A stretch of DNA of 64,000 nt from Minisyncoccota bacterium (GTDB lineage: Bacteria > Patescibacteriota > Minisyncoccia > UBA6257 > JAGOQP01): the NCBI GenBank assembly GCA_017991375.1, contig JAGOQP010000003.1:17525-81524 (forward strand). The letters are read 5' to 3'. Positions 58,564-64,000 of the stretch are shown piece after piece (position 1 is the first letter of the stretch; each line of letters opens with the position of its first letter). Below the pieces are notes generated by a model. The model saw only the letters and a program-made list of their open reading frames with translations. It did not search any database and was not told where the DNA came from. Position numbers and translations under genes: made by a program.

Positions 58564-61500
58564 ATGGCTCTTATAGATTTTGACTATCTTCGTCTTAAAA
58601 TTCCTTCGCCCGATGAAGTGCTTTCGTCGTCATACGGTGAGATAACCAAACCAGAGACAATTAACTATCGCACACAACGTCCAGAAAAAGACGGACTTTT
58701 TTCAGAACGCATATTCGGTCCGACAAAAGATTACAAATGTTACTGCGGTAAATTTAAAGGATTGCGATATAAAGGAACGGTATGTGATAAGTGTGGTGTT
58801 GAAGTTACACGCGCCATTGTGCGCCGCGAACGCATGGGGCACATTAAGCTTGCTGCCCCCGTGGCACATATCTGGTTTCTTAAGACCGGATCGTCAAAAA
58901 TCGGTTTGTTTTTTGATGCCCCTGTGTCAAAACTTGAAAAAGTTGTTTACTATGCGTCGTACATCGTTACCAACGTGCACGAAGAAGCACGCAAGGAATC
59001 GTTAGCCAATCTTCAGAGTGAATATAAATCACGTCACGGAGATATTTCCGATAAAGCCCAACGCGAAACGTTCGACGCGACATTCGCACGCTCAAAAGAA
59101 TTTTTGACGTCGGTTAAAATGGGGACGGTTATATCGGAAAATGATTATTTTGAACTTGCGAAAAAATTTGGCGCCGTATTTGAGGCGGGAACTGGAGCGG
59201 AAGCGCTCTATCGGATTTTGGAGAAAGTGAATCTCAAAAAAGAAATCACTGCCGTGCAACAACAGCTTGATGTGCTCAGCAAAAAGAAGGATGTAGTTTC
59301 TGAGAAAAAACTTTTAACAAAATTGCGCGTACTGCATGCGTTTGTGCGCAATAATATGCGTCCCGAATGGATGATTATGACAGTATTGCCCGTTATTCCG
59401 CCTGACTTGCGACCAATGGTTCCGCTTGATGGAGGGCGTTACGCCAGTTCTGACCTTAACGATCTATATCGTCGGGTTATTAATCGTAATAATCGTTTGC
59501 AAAAATTAGTTGAACTCAAAGCTCCAGAAATTATTGTTACTAACGAAAAGCGCATGCTTCAAGAGGCAGTTGACGCGCTCATTGATAATGCCGCTCGCTT
59601 TGGACGTCAACAGATGTCCGCGCAGAATCGTCCGCTTAAGTCTTTGGCTGATATTCTCAAGGGAAAGCAGGGACGATTTAGACAAAACTTACTAGGAAAA
59701 CGCGTCGACTACTCAGGGCGTTCGGTTATCGTTGTTGGTCCCGAAATGCGCCTTAACGAGTGCGGTATTCCAAAAAAGATGGCACTGGAATTGTTTAGAC
59801 CGTTTGTGATCAATCAAATTTTGGAACGCGGACTCGCGCACAATATAAAAAATGCAAATCGTTTAATCGAGCAGGGTATTCCGGAGGTATGGGAGATTGT
59901 CGAAGAAGTCACTCAAAACAAATTGGTGCTTCTTAACCGCGCGCCAACGCTACACCGATTGGGTATTCAAGCGTTCAAGCCGATTCTTATTGAAGATTTA
60001 GCAATTCGCATTCCGCCGATGGTGTGTAGCGCGTTTAACGCGGACTTTGATGGAGACCAAATGGCCGTGCATCTGCCACTCTCTGCGCAAGCGCAACAAG
60101 AGGCAAATGATCGCATGATTTCTTCAAAGAACATCATCAAACCAGCCAATGGAGATCCAATTGCCGCTCCATCGCAAGATATTGTGCTTGGGTGTTACTA
60201 CTTGACGCGTATTATCGATGAAAAAAATGATTCAAAAGACGTAAAAATATTTTCGTCTCCAGAAGAAGCCCTCATGGCAATGGAACTCGGGGCGGTAAGA
60301 ATAAACGAACCGATTCGTGTTGGTTCCTCAAAAGCAGAAGTAATCAGTTGTGGTCGTTTGATTTTCAATCGTATCGTTCCAAAAGAGCTGGGCTTTGTGA
60401 ATACGACTATGGACAAGAAGAGCTTAAAAGCGCTCGTGGGGCGTTACATTGACACCTTTGGATTTGAATCAGCGTGGGAATTTCTTGATGCGGTTAAGCG
60501 TATTGGGTTTGAGTATGGCGCGCTCTCTGGTATTACCTGGAGTACGTTTGATATGAAGGTGCCGGAAGAAAAAGATGTTATTGTCGCGCAGGCACGTACA
60601 CAGGTCAAAAAGATTCTTGAACAATACGAAGGAGGATTATTAGACGAAGGAGAACGCAAAGCGCATATTTTGCAGATTTGGGAGGGAGCGAAAAAACAAC
60701 TCGCGGAACTGGTCAAAAAGGCGCTTCCTCAAAAAAGTCCTATTTTTAGCATGATTGATTCTGGCGCGAAAGGAACGTGGGCACAGGCGACACAAATGAT
60801 GGGAATGAAAGGGCTAGTGAATAATCCGAAAGGAGAAACAATTGAATTGCCTGTGGTCTCATCGTATAAAGAGGGATTATCAGTGCTTGAATTCTTTATT
60901 AACACGCATGGCGCGCGCAAAGGATCAACGGACACGGCACTCAAAACGGCGCAGGCGGGATATTTAACTCGTCGTATGGTTGATGTGTGTCAGGATATTG
61001 TTATCAATAACGATGACTGTGGAACGTCTGAGGGTGTCACGATTGATCGTGCCTCAGGTGATGCGTATGGCTTTTCGTTCGCAACGAGACTTTTTGGACG
61101 AACGGCTGCTGGGGACATAAAAGAAGGTAACAAAATCCTTGTTCGTGAGGGAGACATTATTGATCGCGCCTCAGCTGACGCAATAAAAAACTCATCTATC
61201 GCGTCAGTCGTGGTTCGCTCTCCTATTACCTGTAAATCACTCTATGGCGTGTGCTCACATTGTTACGGGTTGGATCTGGGGCGTCTATCTCTTGCCAAGC
61301 AAGGAGAAGCTGTTGGTATTATCGCTGCACAGTCCATTGGTGAGCCAGGAACACAGCTTACTCTGCGTACTTTCCACGCCGGAGGGGTTGCGGAAAAAGA
61401 CATTACATCAGGACTCCCTCGTATTGAAGAGGTCTTTGAGGCCCGTCCTCCAAAGGGAAGAGCGGCTTTGGCAAAAGGAGATGGTATGGTTGAAGATATT

Positions 61501-62196
61501 GAGGATCATGGATCTCAAAAAATCATCAAGATCAAAACCCATGCGTCGCGCGCCAAAGGAAAATCAAAAACAAAACCAAAAGAAAAAGTCATTGAATACA
61601 TCGCTCCTAAAAATGTCATGCTCTTTGTTTCAATCGGCGACACCGTAAAACAAGGGGATCAACTCTTTGAAGGAAGCATTGATCTTAAGGAGTTATTCGC
61701 GCTCAAAGGAAGAGAAGAAACAGAAAAATATATCATCAATGAAGTGCAACGCATCTACGTTACCAACGGAAATACCATAAACGACAAACATATTGAGTTG
61801 ATTGTGAAGCAAATGTTCTCTCGCGTAGTGGTAAAGGAAACGGGAGAGAGTGATTTTGTGGTGGGACAGGTTGTTGAAAAATCGCGCTTCTTGGAAGTAA
61901 ATCGCGCGCTTAAACGAAAGGGAAAAACACTGGCGAAAGCGCGGCAACTTCTGTTGGGAATTACACGCGCGGCACTGAGCACAGGAAGTTTCCTCTCAGC
62001 CGCTTCATTCCAAGAAACGGCTCGTGTCCTGGTGAACGCGGCATCAGAAGGACGCGTGGATCGTTTGCGCGGACTTAAGGAAAACGTTATCATAGGGCGC
62101 TTGATTCCAGCGGGCACTGGATATGGACGAGTAGACGATGTCGCGCAGGGCGAAAAAACCGATTCGGACGGAGACGCTCTAACCGAAACGGCGTAA
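58564..62196 (+). CDS. rpoC: DNA-directed RNA polymerase subunit beta'
   Basis: Zn-binding [28 protein letters not shown] catalytic loop, trigger loop and bridge helix blocks; 1210 aa. Confidence 0.95.
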   Translation: MALIDFDYLRLKIPSPDEVLSSSYGEITKPETINYRTQRPEKDGLFSERIFGPTKDYKCYCGKFKGLRYKGTVCDKCGVEVTRAIVRRERMGHIKLAAPVAHIWFLKTGSSKIGLFFDAPVSKLEKVVYYASYIVTNVHEEARKESLANLQSEYKSRHGDISDKAQRETFDATFARSKEFLTSVKMGTVISENDYFELAKKFGAVFEAGTGAEALYRILEKVNLKKEITAVQQQLDVLSKKKDVVSEKKLLTKLRVLHAFVRNNMRPEWMIMTVLPVIPPDLRPMVPLDGGRYASSDLNDLYRRVINRNNRLQKLVELKAPEIIVTNEKRMLQEAVDALIDNAARFGRQQMSAQNRPLKSLADILKGKQGRFRQNLLGKRVDYSGRSVIVVGPEMRLNECGIPKKMALELFRPFVINQILERGLAHNIKNANRLIEQGIPEVWEIVEEVTQNKLVLLNRAPTLHRLGIQAFKPILIEDLAIRIPPMVCSAFNADFDGDQMAVHLPLSAQAQQEANDRMISSKNIIKPANGDPIAAPSQDIVLGCYYLTRIIDEKNDSKDVKIFSSPEEALMAMELGAVRINEPIRVGSSKAEVISCGRLIFNRIVPKELGFVNTTMDKKSLKALVGRYIDTFGFESAWEFLDAVKRIGFEYGALSGITWSTFDMKVPEEKDVIVAQARTQVKKILEQYEGGLLDEGERKAHILQIWEGAKKQLAELVKKALPQKSPIFSMIDSGAKGTWAQATQMMGMKGLVNNPKGETIELPVVSSYKEGLSVLEFFINTHGARKGSTDTALKTAQAGYLTRRMVDVCQDIVINNDDCGTSEGVTIDRASGDAYGFSFATRLFGRTAAGDIKEGNKILVREGDIIDRASADAIKNSSIASVVVRSPITCKSLYGVCSHCYGLDLGRLSLAKQGEAVGIIAAQSIGEPGTQLTLRTFHAGGVAEKDITSGLPRIEEVFEARPPKGRAALAKGDGMVEDIEDHGSQKIIKIKTHASRAKGKSKTKPKEKVIEYIAPKNVMLFVSIGDTVKQGDQLFEGSIDLKELFALKGREETEKYIINEVQRIYVTNGNTINDKHIELIVKQMFSRVVVKETGESDFVVGQVVEKSRFLEVNRALKRKGKTLAKARQLLLGITRAALSTGSFLSAASFQETARVLVNAASEGRVDRLRGLKENVIIGRLIPAGTGYGRVDDVAQGEKTDSDGDALTETA

Positions 62197-62271
62197 AAAT
62201 GATTAAATCAGCAGTTACTTGCGTTTCTGCTTGGTATGTGATACCGTAACCACACATTGTAAATTACGAAA

Positions 62272-62721
62272 ATGAGTATCATGTCTGAAGTTGAAAAGAA
62301 AGAATACGAAATAGCTTTGCTTGTACGCGCCGAAGGCGATGTTCAACACGCAAAAGCGTTGCTTGAAAAACATGGCGTCGTGACTACTTTTGAGAGCCCG
62401 CTCAAGCAAATACAGTTGGCTTACCCAATCGCAAAGGAAAAGGCGGCAGTGTTTTGTTTCTGGTATGGAATGGCCGACCCCGCGGTTATCAACAAGTTAA
62501 CTAACGAATTACGTCATGAATCATGGTGCGTGCGTTCACTTATTGTAACCGATCCGGTTAAACACACCCATCACGAAGCGCGACGATCAGAACGCGATGG
62601 CGAATACATCGAAAAGTCACAAGAACCAAAAGAACAAATGGCACCAATACAGAATAAAAAAACAGCAGACACAGTCACTAACGAAGATTTAGAAAAAAAG
62701 CTGGAAGAAATTCTTGGGTAG
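62272..62721 (+). CDS. rpsF: 30S ribosomal protein S6
   Basis: KKEYEIALLV...FESPLKQIQLAYPIAKEKAAVFCFWY is the S6 fold pattern; rpsF-ssb-rpsR operon context. Confidence 0.75.
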   Translation: MSIMSEVEKKEYEIALLVRAEGDVQHAKALLEKHGVVTTFESPLKQIQLAYPIAKEKAAVFCFWYGMADPAVINKLTNELRHESWCVRSLIVTDPVKHTHHEARRSERDGEYIEKSQEPKEQMAPIQNKKTADTVTNEDLEKKLEEILG

Positions 62722-62760
62722 TCGTTATGTGCGTATATATTACTATTTAGTAGCACTTAT

Positions 62761-63240
62761 ATGAATCTCAACAAAGTATTTCTCATCGGTCGGGTGACTA
62801 CCGATATTGTGCTCAAAGCGACTCCATCAAACCAGGCGGTTACTAATTTTTCTGTTGCAACCAACAGGGTATGGACCGATAAAAGCGGCGTAAAGCAAGA
62901 GGATGCCCAGTTTCACAGCGTTGTGGTGTGGGGAAGACAAGCAGAGCTCGCGAGTCAATTCTTAAGCAAGGGAAGTTTGGTGATGATTGAGGGACGGCTC
63001 CAGACGCGAACGTGGAAAGATAATAGCAATCAAACACACCGAGTGACTGAGGTGGTATGCGAAGGGATCCAGTTTGGACCACGGAGCGCGAACGCAGGAG
63101 CATCCTCGGGGGCGCCGCGTCCAGCGGAGAAAAAAGCAGAGACGCAACCGGCAACTAACGAATTTGAGGATTCACTAGAAGAGAATCTCCCACAAATATC
63201 AATGGATGAAGAGATTAAAGCAGAAGATTTACCGTTTTAA
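62761..63240 (+). CDS. ssb: single-stranded DNA-binding protein
   Basis: OB fold MNLNKVFLIGRVTTD...SVVVWGRQAE...IEGRLQTRTW and an acidic C-terminal tail ending DLPF. Confidence 0.9.
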   Translation: MNLNKVFLIGRVTTDIVLKATPSNQAVTNFSVATNRVWTDKSGVKQEDAQFHSVVVWGRQAELASQFLSKGSLVMIEGRLQTRTWKDNSNQTHRVTEVVCEGIQFGPRSANAGASSGAPRPAEKKAETQPATNEFEDSLEENLPQISMDEEIKAEDLPF

Positions 63241-63243
63241 CCT

Positions 63244-63471
63244 ATGGCAATACAACGAGTTTCAAAAAGACCGCGACAGTGTTTTTTCTGCTCGCAGAAT
63301 ATACAAGAGGTTGATTATAAAGATATCGCGCTTCTTAAACGTTTTATATCGGCACAGGGTAAAATTGTCGATCCTCAACATACAACCACATGCGCCAAGC
63401 ACCAGCGTAGATTGGCTCAAGCGATAAAGCGCGCGCGCTTTATGTCTCTTCTTTCGTATGTGAAAAAATAA
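63244..63471 (+). CDS. rpsR: 30S ribosomal protein S18
   Basis: KRPRQCFFC...[17 protein letters not shown] matches the S18 signature. Confidence 0.85.
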   Translation: MAIQRVSKRPRQCFFCSQNIQEVDYKDIALLKRFISAQGKIVDPQHTTTCAKHQRRLAQAIKRARFMSLLSYVKK

Positions 63472-63478
63472 ATTTAAA

Positions 63479-63516
63479 CCCCCTCGTGAAAAAAGTTCAC
63501 GAGGGGGTTTTTGTTT
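63479..63516 (+). terminator. rho-independent terminator after rpsR
   Basis: CCCCCTCGTGAA-AAAAG-TTCACGAGGGGG followed by TTTTTGTTT. Confidence 0.85.
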
Positions 63517-63579
63517 GATAGGTAAGTATGTACAAAAAGGTTGACGAAGGATAAAAAAACGGCGGGATTTTTGACCCCT

Positions 63580-63617
63580 TTTTTCACGATCGTGAAAAAA
63601 GGGGTCAAAGGGGAGCT
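63580..63617. repeat. 38-bp perfect palindrome, copy 3 of 3
   Basis: Identical to 26103-26140. Confidence 0.95.
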
Positions 63618-63694
63618 AACGCTAGTCGGGGGTATGAGAGGTATAACGAACGAGTATATTGTGCGCGCCCCGTCGCGTGCGTTATACTACTAGT

Positions 63695-64000
63695 ATGTTT
63701 TCTATTGATATCGCTATTGCTCATATATTTGGCGCTATCCCGCGAGTGGGAATTATTTCCGCTCTGATAGCGACCATCGGGACGTATCTTATTTATATTA
63801 TTGGCGTTATCGCGATCGTATTATGGTTTCGTGAAAAAGACATCAAAAAACGTATATACGTTGTTCTTATTACTATTGTGGTTGAAGTGCTGTCACGAGG
63901 AATCATAACCGAAACGATTCGCGCGCTCTGGCATCGCGCTCGTCCGTTTGTCTCACTGGGATTTGAACCGCTTATTAGTGGAAAAACATCTCCGTCGTTT
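63695..64000 (+). CDS. membrane protein, 5' partial at window end (PAP2-like phosphatase candidate)
   Basis: MFSIDIAIAHIFGAIPRVGIISALIATIGTYLIYIIGV...LWHRARPF is hydrophobic and KX6RP-like. It runs off the window. A -10 TATACT lies at about 63672. Confidence 0.4.
   Translation, partial: MFSIDIAIAHIFGAIPRVGIISALIATIGTYLIYIIGVIAIVLWFREKDIKKRIYVVLITIVVEVLSRGIITETIRALWHRARPFVSLGFEPLISGKTSPSF

Overview
This window looks like an AT-rich, CPR/Patescibacteria-type genome segment; that assignment is an inference from the features below.

Backbone content:
- The segment starts with hup and ruvB, then a type IV pilin-like gene with a LamG domain and a lamin-tail-domain gene.
- A 23S-5S rRNA unit follows with no 16S rRNA gene upstream. 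The 23S carries a group I intron encoding a LAGLIDADG homing endonuclease, a helix-45 intervening sequence, and a helix-9 expansion with tandem repeats.
- Housekeeping genes follow: valS, a PrsW-like protease, hsp20, cca, typA, recG, argS, a MutY-like glycosylase, trpS, a ZIP transporter, infB, rbfA, a GT2 glycosyltransferase, tsaD, ftsW/rodA, mltG, rpoB, rpoC, and the rpsF-ssb-rpsR operon.
- I count six tRNA genes: Arg(GCG), Arg(CCG), Ser(GCT), Cys(GCA), Leu(TAA) and Glu(TTC).

Accessory content that stands out:
1. A minus-strand operon hsdR, a fused hsdM-hsdS, and a UvrD-like helicase, sitting next to tRNA-Ser with an 18-nt duplicate of the tRNA 3' end.
2. A roughly 1.5 kb segment bounded by about 27-bp inverted repeats. 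It carries a 142-aa ORF and a roughly 700-nt GC-rich, hairpin-dense, apparently non-coding locus with its own promoter and terminator. I treat this as a candidate large structured ncRNA or mobile cassette.
3. Two near-identical 328-bp tandem units, each made of a tRNA-Glu 5' half plus a GIY-YIG ORF, running into the intact tRNA-Glu.
4. A 38-bp perfect palindrome present three times, each downstream of a gene 3' end.
5. A SET-domain protein fused to a membrane domain, in a cluster of secreted Cys-rich proteins.
6. Families of short dispersed repeats (GTTGGTTGT-like and TTAACGATTAAGGAT-like) that flank tRNAs and intergenic regions; one copy lies inside the 23S helix-9 expansion.
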